Assembly: GCA_963739515.1 (NCBI GenBank)
Contig: CAVUAO010000003.1
Location: 748,170-812,169, forward strand
DNA length: 64,000 bases
DNA from: an uncultured Chloroflexia bacterium
Lineage (GTDB): Bacteria; Chloroflexota; Dehalococcoidia; Dehalococcoidales; RBG-16-60-22
Reading direction: 5' to 3'
Shown here: piece by piece, positions 1-9,155 of the stretch
Numbering within the stretch: the first letter of the stretch is position 1
How the letters are laid out: each line of letters starts with the position of its first letter
The notes under the pieces: model-generated
What the model was told of the DNA's origin: nothing
What the model saw: only the letters and a program-made list of their open reading frames with translations
The model's database searches: none
Program-made: the position numbers and the translations under genes

Positions 1-160
1 CGCCCGTCCCCTTGAGACCGGAGGTGACGATAAGGGCATTTTTCATCCCGGCGGCCTTGCATTCGTTGCCGACTGTCTGGTAAGCGCCCCAGCCCAGGGC
101 AATCTTGGGGATGGGGTTGGTATAAACGATGGGGAACTCAAAAATTTCCTTGTTTATCAC
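1..160 (-). CDS. iron-containing alcohol dehydrogenase, N-terminal fragment (gene continues beyond left edge)
   Basis: Own translation of minus strand from GTG at 160: VINKEIFEFPIVYTNPIPKIALGWGAYQTVGNECKAAGMKNALIVTSGLKGTG, a typical Fe-ADH N-terminus. GGAGG (RC of 168-172) lies 7 nt upstream. Absent from the ORF track because truncated. Confidence 0.5.
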   Translation of the reverse strand, partial: MINKEIFEFPIVYTNPIPKIALGWGAYQTVGNECKAAGMKNALIVTSGLKGTG

Positions 161-216
161 GGCGGTTCCTCCTTACGCGGTACTCCGCCTATTTTAGGTC
201 AAGGCGAAGCAAATTA

Positions 217-1249
217 TCAAGGCACTTCGAGGAGGACCTTGATATTGGCTTCTTTATCGGTCAGCAGCGCCTCGAAGCCCAGTGCCACGGCTTTTTCCAG
301 AGGCACGCGAGAAGTTATCAGCGGAGTCGGGTCGATTTTCTTCTTTGCCAGAAGGTCGATAGCCTGACGGCCTTCGTCGATATAGATGGAGCTGCCCACC
401 ATCGTCCTTTCGGTAAAGGTCAGGGAGCTGAAGTCTATCACGCCGGGCCGGTCAAAGACGCCGACGAGGACAATCGTCCCGGCGCGGCGGGTCAGCCCTA
501 CGGTAAGCTGGGGGGTCTCCGGGTTGCCGACGCATTCAAAAGCGAAGTCGGCACCCGGGCCGTTCGTCAATTCCTGCAGGCGCCGGGCGGGGTCGGAACC
601 GTCGAGATAGATAACGTCGGTAGCGCCGAGTCGGCGGGCAAGCTCGCCGCGGCCTTGATGTTTGGAGACGAGATAGATTGCCCCGGCGCCCGCCGCCTTA
701 GCGGCCATGAGGACGCACAGCCCGATGGCGCCGTCGCCAAGAATAGCTACCGATATCGCCAGCCCGTACTTTGCCCTGCCGGACGGCGTGAAGTCCCACG
801 GCCAGAGGCTCGACGAGGGCGCCGGCTTCATCGGAAACGCTTTCCGGCAGGTGATAAACAGCGTAAGCCGGAATAACAAAATACTCCGCCAGGCAGCCGT
901 CGGTGAGGAGGCCGGTAAAGCCCTGGTTGACGCAGATATTATAGAGACCCTTTTTACAGCAGTAGCACTCGCCGCAGTACCAGTAGCCCACCCCGCTGAC
1001 CCTGTCCCCGACTGTAAAGTCCTTTACCCCTTTTCCCACCTCCGCCACGTTCCCCACGAACTCGTGCCCCAGCGTCAGGGGGACTTTAGCCGGGGGAATC
1101 ATCACGGGGCCCTTGGCGTATTCCTTGAGGTCCGTGCCGCAGATGCCGGCCAGGGAGACTTTAATCTTAAGCTGGCCGGGACCGGGCGAAGGCTCCGGGA
1201 CATCAACGTAACGCAGGTCTTTACGGGCGTACCAGCGCAGGGCTTTCAC
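217..1249 (-). pseudogene. zinc-dependent alcohol/butanediol-type dehydrogenase (MDR family) with one frameshift
   Basis: ORF 698..1249 has the catalytic-Zn (GHEFVG) and structural-Zn (CGECYCCKKG) motifs. ORF 217..879 has the Rossmann part (AILGDGAIGL). The frames join as ...VRAGDI/VAILGDGAIGL if one G is removed near 750-756. Confidence 0.8.
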
Positions 1250-1296
1250 AGAGGTAATTATTCAGAAGAGCCAGGAGATTGTCAAGAAGGAGCGAC

Positions 1297-2145
1297 TTAA
1301 AATTCGTCCAGCAGCTTCTCAATATTGAGCGGGTCGATGGGCTGTTTCACCAACGGCAGGTCTTTAAGTTGGGGCAAAGTCTCCTCATAAACGGTCCTTT
1401 CCTGTTTAAAAATAATGCCGATGGGGATTCTATCGCCCCACTCCTGCGCCTTCAGAAGGGCGGCGGCTTTATCGGCGGGGTTATAGCTTTCCTCCAGCTT
1501 ATAGACGCGCTGCTTGTACCACTGGAAGGTGTTAACGTGATTAAAGGACACGCAGGGCTGCAAAATATCTATTAAAGAAAAGCCGTGATGGGTTATGGCC
1601 GCCTTGATGAGCCCGGCCAGGTGGTCGGGGTCCCCGGCGAAGCCGCGCGCCAGGAAGCTGATATCCGAGGCCAGCGCCAGCATGAGAGGATTGAGCGGCT
1701 GGATAGCGCCCAGGGGCGTAGTTTTCGTAATAAATCCTAATTCGGAAGTGGGGGAAGCCTGTCCTTTGGTGAGTCCGTAGACCTGGTTGTTGTGGACGAG
1801 GTAGGTCATATTGATATTGCGGCGGGCTGTGGCCAGCAAATGCTGCACGCCCTCGCCATAAGCCCCGCCGTCGCCGTCAATGCCGATGACCACGAGGTCG
1901 CGGTTGGCGATTTTCGCGCCGGTGGCGGCGGGCAGAGTGCGGCCGTGAAGTCCGTTGAAAACGTTGCCCTTGGTATAGTGCGGCAGCTTGGGGGCCTGCC
2001 CGATGCCGGACACGAAGAGTACCTGTTGTGGCTCTAGATTCAACTCCACCAGGGCTTTTTTCACCGCCCGGAGGATGCCGAAGTTGCCGCAACCGGGACA
2101 CCAGGCGTTAGGGACTTTAGATTCATAGTCCTGGACGGTTACCAT
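1297..2145 (-). CDS. 2-oxoacid:ferredoxin oxidoreductase, beta (TPP-binding) subunit
   Basis: 282 aa. N-terminal WCPGCGNFGIL and TPP motif GIDGDGGAYGEG. Overlaps the alpha gene by 7 nt. Confidence 0.85.
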   Translation of the reverse strand: MVTVQDYESKVPNAWCPGCGNFGILRAVKKALVELNLEPQQVLFVSGIGQAPKLPHYTKGNVFNGLHGRTLPAATGAKIANRDLVVIGIDGDGGAYGEGVQHLLATARRNINMTYLVHNNQVYGLTKGQASPTSELGFITKTTPLGAIQPLNPLMLALASDISFLARGFAGDPDHLAGLIKAAITHHGFSLIDILQPCVSFNHVNTFQWYKQRVYKLEESYNPADKAAALLKAQEWGDRIPIGIIFKQERTVYEETLPQLKDLPLVKQPIDPLNIEKLLDEF

Positions 2146-3905
2146 GCTTTGACCTCTGTTTTAAGGCGGTCGACGATTTCCCGGGGGGAAAAGGGGCGGC
2201 CGTCATATTTTAAAATAGCGCCGTCAACCGACCGGCCGGTCTCGCGCCGGATAAGCGCGGACAGCTGTGAGGTGGCATTCCCCTCGACGACGATATTTTT
2301 CCTGCTCTGCTTAAGCGCCTCAGAGACCCCGTCCGCCGGGAAGGGCCAGAGCTGACTGAAATGCAGAGTATTGACCGCGCGGCCGTCCTTCTTAAGCATA
2401 TCCGCCGCCTCCCTGATGGCCCCGGAGGTGCTGCCCCAGCCAATTAACGTTACCTCCGCCCCATCAGCTTGGTGAAACTCCGGTACAGTTATTTCTTTTT
2501 TAAGTCCGTCCTGCTTGCGGAGTCGCTTTTCCACCTGGCTTTTCCGGGTGGCGGCGTCCTCGATCATATGGCCGTACTCGTCGTGTTCATCGGAGTCGGT
2601 GACGACCAACGCTTTACCCTGTCCCGGCAGGGCGCGGGGGGAAATGCCGGAATCGGTCACCAGATGCCGTTTATAGTCGGCGGCATCGCTGGAAATCAAA
2701 GAGCCGCGGTCGACTTTCACCTGAGACAGGTCGAACCTGTCCGTAGTGTAATAGGAGGTGGCCAGGTGGTTATCGGTAAGAATAATGACCGCCGTCTGGT
2801 ATTTCTCCGCCAGGTTAAAGGCCTTGACGGCGGCGTTGAAGGCACCCGCGGCGTCCGCCGGTGCGAATACGGCACGGGGAGCCTCGCCGTGACCGGCGTG
2901 CAGGGCGAAAAACAGCTCAGCCTGCTCGGTGCGGGTAGGTAGGCCGGTAGCCGGGCCGGGGCGCTGCCCCAGGACGACGACCACCGGGGTCTCGGTCATG
3001 CCGGCCAGCGCCAGCCCTTCGACCATCAGGGCGAAGCCGCCGCCGGAGGTCGCCACCATGGACCTCACCCCCGCGTAGCCCGCCCCCACGGCCATATTCA
3101 TGGCGGCGATTTCATCCTCGACGTGCATCATCACTACGCCGTACTCCCGCCCTTTGTCCGCGATATATTCCAGGATGGGACTGGACGGCGTCATGGGATA
3201 GCCGGCGACGAACTTACAGCCGGCGGCCATCGCGCCCAGGCACAGCGCCTCGTTGCCGTTTAAAAGAATTCTTCTATTTTGTCGAGAGTGGGGTTCGGGT
3301 AAAGATAGCTTTTTACCCTGCGACCGGACATAGTCATAGCCCGCCCGGGCGGCGGTGATATTGTCCCCGACGGTCTTTTCGCCGTGGCGGGCGAACTCCT
3401 TTTCCAGCACGCCTGACAGTATTTCAAAGTCATACCCGGTTAGCCCTAATACGGCGCCGACGGCCACCGTATTAGCCATGAGTTGGTTCTGAGCCTTCTC
3501 CAGGGCTAATTTCAGCAGAGGAACGTTTAAAAAATTCGCCTTATCCGAAGTGAATCTGGTCTGCGCCGCATCATAGATAACAATGCCCCCAGGTTTAAGT
3601 TCTTTCTCGTGGAGGTCGATGGTCTCTTTATTGAGCGCCACCAGTAAATCAAGGGCCGGCGACAGGGCATGAACATCGGCCGCCCGCGCCCGGACGCGGA
3701 AAAAGTTATGCCCGCCCCTTACGCGGCTTTCGTAGTCCTGGTCGGCAAAGACATTCAGACCCCCGCCCGCCAGCGTCTTGGCGAGTATCGCGCCGACGGA
3801 CTGGACGCCCTGCCCCGCCTCCCCGCCGACCATGATATTAAAATCGTCGCTCATAACAACATAAGTATGAAGCATGAAGCCGGATATTTCTGTAATTTTT
3901 GTCAC
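2139..3905 (-). CDS. 2-oxoacid:ferredoxin oxidoreductase, fused gamma-alpha subunit
   Basis: 588 aa. Gamma-like N-terminus (IMVGGEAGQGVQS) followed by an alpha domain (VAGYPMTPSSPILEYI). GTG at 3905; ATG at 3854 is an alternative start. Confidence 0.85.
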   Translation of the reverse strand: MTKITEISGFMLHTYVVMSDDFNIMVGGEAGQGVQSVGAILAKTLAGGGLNVFADQDYESRVRGGHNFFRVRARAADVHALSPALDLLVALNKETIDLHEKELKPGGIVIYDAAQTRFTSDKANFLNVPLLKLALEKAQNQLMANTVAVGAVLGLTGYDFEILSGVLEKEFARHGEKTVGDNITAARAGYDYVRSQGKKLSLPEPHSRQNRRILLNGNEALCLGAMAAGCKFVAGYPMTPSSPILEYIADKGREYGVVMMHVEDEIAAMNMAVGAGYAGVRSMVATSGGGFALMVEGLALAGMTETPVVVVLGQRPGPATGLPTRTEQAELFFALHAGHGEAPRAVFAPADAAGAFNAAVKAFNLAEKYQTAVIILTDNHLATSYYTTDRFDLSQVKVDRGSLISSDAADYKRHLVTDSGISPRALPGQGKALVVTDSDEHDEYGHMIEDAATRKSQVEKRLRKQDGLKKEITVPEFHQADGAEVTLIGWGSTSGAIREAADMLKKDGRAVNTLHFSQLWPFPADGVSEALKQSRKNIVVEGNATSQLSALIRRETGRSVDGAILKYDGRPFSPREIVDRLKTEVKAW

Positions 3906-3974
3906 ATGGTACTTAATAGTGATAATATCAAAGTAGTTAAACTGTTACAGCATTTTAAGAGAGAGCGATGCAAT

Positions 3975-4952
3975 ATGGATGAAAAAGTGGTGCAGAAAAT
4001 AAGAGACGCCGCCGCGAAGGTCAAGGAAAACGTCGAGCGCGTCATCGTCGGCAAGGGCGAGGTGGTCGAGATGGCCATCGTCGCGTTACTCTGCGAGGGG
4101 CATATCCTCCTCGAAGACGTCCCGGGTCTGGGCAAGACCGTCCTGGCGAAATCCCTGGCGAGGTCGCTGGGATGCAGCTTCCGGCGCATCCAGTGCACGC
4201 CCGACCTTTTGCCGACGGACATTACCGGCACCTACATTTTCAACCAGAAAACGTCGGACTTCGAGTTTCGTCCCGGCCCGATATTCTCTCAGATAGTGCT
4301 GGCGGACGAAATCAACCGCGCCACCCCGAGGACGCAGTCGGCCCTGCTGGAAGCCATGCAGGAGCGGCAGGTCACCGCCGAGGGCGAGACTAAACCTTTG
4401 CCCCGCCCCTTCCTGGTCCTGGCGACGCAGAACCCCATCGAATTGGAAGGCACCTTCCCGCTGCCGGAAGCGCAGCTCGACCGTTTCCTCATGAAAATAC
4501 AGATAGGCTACCCGAGCGCCGAAAACGACCGCCTGATACTCTCCCGCTTCCGCGCTGCCGACCCCCTGGAAGAGCTGAAGCCGGTGGTCTCAGCCGGCGA
4601 CCTGCTTAAAATGCAGAAAGAATGCCACGAAGTGCACGTCGCCGCGGACGTCGAGGACTATATCATCCGCCTGGTCCACGCCACCCGGGCCCACGCCGCG
4701 GTGGAGCTGGGGGCCAGTCCCAGGGCCATGCTGGCGCTCTACAATGCCTCGCAGGCCCTCGCCGCCATCCGGGGCAGGGCATTCGTTACCCCGGACGATG
4801 TTAAGTACCTGGTCACGCCGGTGCTCATTCACCGCCTTATCCCGAAGTCGGAGAGTCGGTTGCGCGGCCAGAAAGCCGAGCAGACCCTCAAAGAGATATT
4901 AGACTCCGTGTCCGTGCCGGTGGAAGAAACTCCCGTCCCCGGGGAAGGGTAA
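3975..4952 (+). CDS. MoxR-family AAA+ ATPase
   Basis: Start taken at ATG 3975 (MDEKVVQKIRD...), because the track ORF start at 3669 overlaps the upstream minus-strand gene. Walker A GLGKT and Walker B LADEINRA are present. Confidence 0.9.
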   Translation: MDEKVVQKIRDAAAKVKENVERVIVGKGEVVEMAIVALLCEGHILLEDVPGLGKTVLAKSLARSLGCSFRRIQCTPDLLPTDITGTYIFNQKTSDFEFRPGPIFSQIVLADEINRATPRTQSALLEAMQERQVTAEGETKPLPRPFLVLATQNPIELEGTFPLPEAQLDRFLMKIQIGYPSAENDRLILSRFRAADPLEELKPVVSAGDLLKMQKECHEVHVAADVEDYIIRLVHATRAHAAVELGASPRAMLALYNASQALAAIRGRAFVTPDDVKYLVTPVLIHRLIPKSESRLRGQKAEQTLKEILDSVSVPVEETPVPGEG

Positions 4953-4955
4953 GCG

Positions 4956-6206
4956 ATGCGGGGCGACGCCTGGCTCCTGCTCGGGGTGCTGATTCTGATT
5001 GTCAGCCTGATATTGCACCAGGTTGCCCTGGCCCTCATTTGCCTGCTGTTTTTGCTCACCGGCGGCGTGTCCAGATTATGGAACCGTTTTTGCCTGCACC
5101 GCATCGAATACCGGCGCCGCCTGAGCCATAACCAGGTATTTTTCGGCGAAGAAATCGTCTATGAGATAGAGGTCACCAACCGCAAGCCCCTGCCGCTGCC
5201 CTGGCTCCGCGTCGAGGACGAGCTCCCGGAGAAAGTAACCCTCCTCAAAGGCAAAACGGAAATGGCCACCGAGGAACGCGTCATTCTCACCAATATCTTT
5301 CCCATCAACATGTACCATCGGGTGAAGCGGCGCTTCCCGATGCGGTGTAAACAGCGCGGCGCCTTTATCTTCGGGCCGACCTATATACGCTCCGGCGACC
5401 TTTTCGGATTTTTCCGCCGGGAAATGAAGATTGAAAAACTGGACTATCTGCTGGTATATCCCCGGCTGGTGCCGCTGGAAAAGCTGGGCATCGCGTCCCG
5501 GCAGCTTTTCGGCGATATCCGCCTGAAAAGGCACCTTTTCCAGGACCCGGTGCTCACGGCCGGGGTACGCGACTACGTTACCGGGGACAGCCTGAAACGC
5601 ATACACTGGAAGACCACCGCCCGGCTCGGCAGGCTGCAGACCAAGGTCTACGAGCCGACGACCACGGTGGACATCAGCCTTTTCCTGGACGTACGCACCC
5701 TGAAAGCGCCTTTCTGGGGGAGCGTTTATCAGCTCCAGGAGCTGGGCATTATCGCCGCGGCGGCGATTTCCCAACAGGCCCTGAAAGAAGGCTTTCGCGT
5801 CGGCCTGAACGTCAATCAGATGACGCGTTTTTCCCAGGGTCTGCTGAAGGTGCCGCACAGCGGGCACCCCGACCAGCTGCGGCACATACTGGAGGCGCTG
5901 GCGCAACTGCACCAGTCGGAGACGACGTCCATGGCGAGTTTTATCCGGCAGGAAGCCCCGAACCTGCCCTGGGGCAGCACACTGTTGGTCGTCGCGGCGC
6001 AGCCCGGCGAAGACCTGCTGGCGACGCTGCTCGATTTGAAGCGGGTGGGGCGCAGCGTAGCGCTGGTCAAGGTGGGCGGTCCGCCCAAAGAAGCGCTGGA
6101 ACTGGGCGCCGGTGACCTGAAGGTTTACCACATCAGCGATGACGTTGCCTGGGAACTGGTCAAGGAAATACACCTGACCGAGAAATTGGATGACAGACGA
6201 AGTTAA
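4956..6206 (+). CDS. DUF58 domain protein (MoxR partner)
   Basis: 416 aa with two N-terminal TM helices and the signature VRDYVTGDSLKRIHWKTTARLGRLQTKVYE. Starts 4 nt after the MoxR stop. Confidence 0.85.
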   Translation: MRGDAWLLLGVLILIVSLILHQVALALICLLFLLTGGVSRLWNRFCLHRIEYRRRLSHNQVFFGEEIVYEIEVTNRKPLPLPWLRVEDELPEKVTLLKGKTEMATEERVILTNIFPINMYHRVKRRFPMRCKQRGAFIFGPTYIRSGDLFGFFRREMKIEKLDYLLVYPRLVPLEKLGIASRQLFGDIRLKRHLFQDPVLTAGVRDYVTGDSLKRIHWKTTARLGRLQTKVYEPTTTVDISLFLDVRTLKAPFWGSVYQLQELGIIAAAAISQQALKEGFRVGLNVNQMTRFSQGLLKVPHSGHPDQLRHILEALAQLHQSETTSMASFIRQEAPNLPWGSTLLVVAAQPGEDLLATLLDLKRVGRSVALVKVGGPPKEALELGAGDLKVYHISDDVAWELVKEIHLTEKLDDRRS

Positions 6207-7686
6207 AAACAGAGGCGGCTTCGACTGGCTGGCGACGGTGTTTTACCCGCTGGCGGTCGTGCTCATGGAGGTCTTCTGGGTCTATCCCTGGCTCGTGTGG
6301 CTGGGGAGCTGGCCGATGTATGCCGAGACGCGGCCGGTCCTGAACCTGGCATCGGTGATTATCACGCTGGCGTTATCGCTCCTGGTGACGCGGCTGGCCC
6401 TCAAACAGGAATGGTCTTTATCACGCATCCGCCTGGTCATTATCGGCGGGGGGCTGGTCGTCATTTTATTCGTGCTGGGGGCCGACTACAACGCGGGATA
6501 TGGTTTCCTGAGCGCGGGGTGGTTCGCCCATACCGGGCAGGCGCTGGGGACGACTTTTTCCCATCCCCATACCATCGTCCTGGCCATTCCGGCGCTGCTG
6601 TACCTCTGGTGGCGGGGCATCACGCTGGGGCAGACGACGTCAAATTTCCGGGACGTCTACCGCTCCTTCCTGCTCGGCATGGTCGCCTTAATTTTCCTGA
6701 TTATCTTCTGGCAAATCAGCGCCTCGTCGGGGCGTTTTACGGGGCCGGGCACCGAAATCGGCTGGTATGTCATGGCGTTTTTCTTCTTCGGCCTGATCGC
6801 CATAGCCCTCTACCATCTCTACGTGATGCGCGGCTCGATGCCCAAAGAAGAAGCCAGGCTGACATCGGTATGGCGCTGGGTGCCGATAATGCTCGGCGTC
6901 ATCGGCGGGATGGTGCTCATCGGGTTCGGGATAGCCAGCATCTTCTCGCCGGACCTTTACGCCAGTATCGGTCATGGTTTCAGCGACATCGGCGGCTTTT
7001 TGGGGAAGATACTCAGCTATATCCTGATACCGATTGTTTTTGTGTTCGAATGGTTGATGCGTATCTTTATGTATCTGATAAACCTGTTAAGGAGCAACCA
7101 GGCACTAACGGCGAACTCGACCGCTAATCAGTCCGGGCAGTTGTGGCCGGAGACCGTCGTTAAACAATTGCCGACGTGGGCGACGGAGACCATTAAGTGG
7201 TTCGTGGTGGCTTTAATTATCGGGCTGGTTTTATTCATTTTAATGAAAGCCGTCTCCCGCATCAGGGACCGGCGGCTGCGCAACGAAATCGAGGAAATCC
7301 ACGAATCGCTCTGGAGCTGGAAGGGGTTGCGCGACGATATGAAAGAGCTGTTGAAATCGCTCTTCAAAAGGAAAGAGGGACCGGTGAAAGTGTACCATTT
7401 CGACGAGAACGTTAAAGACGAGATGGACGTCCGGGAAATATACCGCCAGCTGCAGTGGGAAGGGGGACGTTCCGGGATACCACGGCGGCGCCACGAGACA
7501 GCCAGCGAGTATACCAGTCACCTGGGACGTGAATTGCCGGACAGCCACGCGCCGCTGGACGATATTACCAGAATGTATGAGAACGTCCGCTACGGGGAAA
7601 ACACCATCCCGCCAGAACACGTGCGTAAAGCCAACGGACTGTGGCTAACCATAAAGGGGATGCTGCGAAAGCTCAGAGGCGACTGA
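6190..7686 (+). CDS. polytopic membrane protein with C-terminal DUF4129-like domain
   Basis: 498 aa with multiple hydrophobic helices. The C-terminus (ETASEYTSHLGRELPDSHAPLDDITRMYENVRYGE) resembles DUF4129. Overlaps the DUF58 gene by 17 nt. No transglutaminase Cys-His-Asp core seen. Confidence 0.6.
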   Translation: MTDEVKNRGGFDWLATVFYPLAVVLMEVFWVYPWLVWLGSWPMYAETRPVLNLASVIITLALSLLVTRLALKQEWSLSRIRLVIIGGGLVVILFVLGADYNAGYGFLSAGWFAHTGQALGTTFSHPHTIVLAIPALLYLWWRGITLGQTTSNFRDVYRSFLLGMVALIFLIIFWQISASSGRFTGPGTEIGWYVMAFFFFGLIAIALYHLYVMRGSMPKEEARLTSVWRWVPIMLGVIGGMVLIGFGIASIFSPDLYASIGHGFSDIGGFLGKILSYILIPIVFVFEWLMRIFMYLINLLRSNQALTANSTANQSGQLWPETVVKQLPTWATETIKWFVVALIIGLVLFILMKAVSRIRDRRLRNEIEEIHESLWSWKGLRDDMKELLKSLFKRKEGPVKVYHFDENVKDEMDVREIYRQLQWEGGRSGIPRRRHETASEYTSHLGRELPDSHAPLDDITRMYENVRYGENTIPPEHVRKANGLWLTIKGMLRKLRGD

Positions 7687-7733
7687 TATAAACTATTGTT
7701 ATTCTTTTGATATAAACTATGGTTATTCTTTTT
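7684..7733 (+). repeat. 25-bp tandem direct repeat (2 units, 1 mismatch)
   Basis: tgatataaactattgttattctttt / tgatataaactatggttattctttt. The first unit begins with the TGA stop of the preceding gene. Confidence 0.85.
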
Positions 7734-7816
7734 ATAGTTAACCTCACCCATTGTATCCCCATCTCGCAGTTAACCGTTTAAAGTTAATAGGTCGTAAGAT
7801 TCCCCGACCAGCCAGT

Positions 7817-7990
7817 TTACCATTCATGCTTACAGTCGTCACAAATCCACCAGATGCCAGGCACTGACTTGAGTTTGGAACCGCCAGGACAGGAGGTAAT
7901 TTTCTTACTGCCACATTTAGGGCATGTTTCAGGCTTTACCGACGGCGTGCTGTCTATAACATATTTCCGTTCTTCTTCTTTGTCCGCCAT
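7817..7990 (-). CDS. small zinc-ribbon protein (57 aa)
   Basis: Own translation: MADKEEERKYVIDSTPSVKPETCPKCGSKKITSCPGGSKLKSVPGIWWICDDCKHEW. Has CxxC...CxxC pairs and GGAGG 6 nt upstream of the ATG. Below the ORF-track length cutoff. Confidence 0.55.
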   Translation of the reverse strand: MADKEEERKYVIDSTPSVKPETCPKCGSKKITSCPGGSKLKSVPGIWWICDDCKHEW

Positions 7991-8107
7991 CTCTAGCCTC
8001 CTTTACCCCTAACATTTGTTGTTTCTTAAGCGGAGCATAGTCTTATTTCAATAGCCTGTCAATGATAAAATGGTCAGGTCTATTAGCATTTGGCGGCAAA
8101 GTGATAG

Positions 8108-8215
8108 CCTCACCCCCTGACCCCCTCTCCAAACAGGAACATTATTGTGAACGAGAGGATATTGTTTGAAGAGGGGGAATAAAGAAAGAGGGGTTTCACC
8201 CCTCTTAAACACCCT
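8108..8215 (+). repeat. double-hairpin intergenic repeat, copy C (enlarged first hairpin)
   Basis: ccccctctccaaaca...tgtttgaagaggggg stem, then agaggggtttcacccctcttaaacaccc. Homologous to 19708-19787 and 32499-32577. The second hairpin plus the T-rich tract on the minus strand could terminate epmA. Confidence 0.7.
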
Positions 8216-8222
8216 GAATTAG

Positions 8223-9152
8223 TTACGCATCATCCACGGTAAAAGCCATCACGTCGTCGATGGAGGCGGCGTCACAAAAAAGCATGACCAGTCGGTCGAT
8301 GCCTAAAGCCACCCCGCCGCATGCGGGGAGGCGGGGGAGGGCAGTAAGGAATTTATCCGGCATGGGCATGTTTTGACCCCGCTCCTGGCGTATTCGTGCT
8401 ATCGCTTCCCGGAAACGTTTCTCCTGCTCACTAACATCTATAAGCTCGCTGTAGACATTGGCGAGCTCCAGACCACCGATAAAGACCTCGGTGCGTTCAG
8501 CGAGGAGAGGATTATCCGGCTTGAGGCGCGCTAAAGAAGCCATCGACGCGGGGTAATCGACCAGGACAGTGGGGCGTTGGGGGGAAAAGGAGGGGAGCAC
8601 TTTCGTGATAAAATCCATGTCAAATCGCAAAGAATCAGGTTCCGCCACGGGGTCCCAACCCACGGCTTTCATAAAAGCGTCCCTGACCGTGACCCGCGGC
8701 CAGGGGTGCCGGATGTCTATAATTTGACCCTGATACTTTATTTTATTTTTAAGACCGAGTCCGTCAGAGACCGCCATCACGAGTTTTTCGATATCTGAAA
8801 TAATCTCATTATAGTCGGCCCCGGCGCGGTACCATTCCAGTATGATGAACTCCGGATTATGCCAGCGGCCGCGCTCGCCTTTACGGAAAGAGTGACAGAA
8901 CTGGAAGATTTTTTCATAGCCGGCGGCGAGCAGCCGCTTCATATAAAGCTCGGGGGAGGCCGCCAGGAACCAGTCCTCGCTTTGAAAAGGGGTGATAAAC
9001 TCTTCCGGGGCAATGGCCGGGGAGCGGAGGGGGGTCTCTACCTCGAGGAAATCCTGCTCTTTGAAGAAAGCGCGGATGTATTCAAAGATTAAAGCCCGCC
9101 GCCGCAGGTTGGACTTCAGGCGGGCGAGTCGCTGAGGTTCGTCCTCAACCAT
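8223..9152 (-). CDS. epmA: EF-P-(R)-beta-lysine ligase (class II lysyl-tRNA-synthetase paralogue)
   Basis: 309 aa with a truncated LysRS-like catalytic core (FLEVETP, HNPEFIILEWY, GGVALGIDRLVM). Sits immediately downstream of efp. Confidence 0.85.
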   Translation of the reverse strand: MVEDEPQRLARLKSNLRRRALIFEYIRAFFKEQDFLEVETPLRSPAIAPEEFITPFQSEDWFLAASPELYMKRLLAAGYEKIFQFCHSFRKGERGRWHNPEFIILEWYRAGADYNEIISDIEKLVMAVSDGLGLKNKIKYQGQIIDIRHPWPRVTVRDAFMKAVGWDPVAEPDSLRFDMDFITKVLPSFSPQRPTVLVDYPASMASLARLKPDNPLLAERTEVFIGGLELANVYSELIDVSEQEKRFREAIARIRQERGQNMPMPDKFLTALPRLPACGGVALGIDRLVMLFCDAASIDDVMAFTVDDA

Positions 9153-9155
9153 GCG

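Noticed and set aside
3669-3974. The N-terminal 102 codons of track ORF 3669..4952, which would extend the MoxR protein.
   Set aside because: The extension overlaps the 5' end of the minus-strand oxidoreductase gene and has no MoxR similarity. The conserved protein starts at ATG 3975.
5076-6173. 365-aa minus-strand ORF antisense to the DUF58 gene. Similar long antisense ORFs occur at 16688..17902, 11315..12214, 10466..11269, 15530..16501, 30950..31600 and 37213..37878.
   Set aside because: Their composition is Arg/Gly/Pro/Ala-rich and low-complexity, with no motifs and no SD sites. They lie fully opposite well-supported genes. This is the typical stop-poor antisense frame of GC-rich DNA.
3975-7686. 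The MoxR-DUF58-DUF4129 operon as a candidate novel system.
   Set aside because: This three-gene arrangement is widespread and already well catalogued, though poorly understood. Nothing in this copy looks atypical.
7684-7733. Possible CRISPR array or other spaced-repeat locus, here and at 20750-20850 and 25861-25900.
   Set aside because: The repeats are adjacent or only 8-11 nt long with no unique spacers of CRISPR size, and no cas genes are present.
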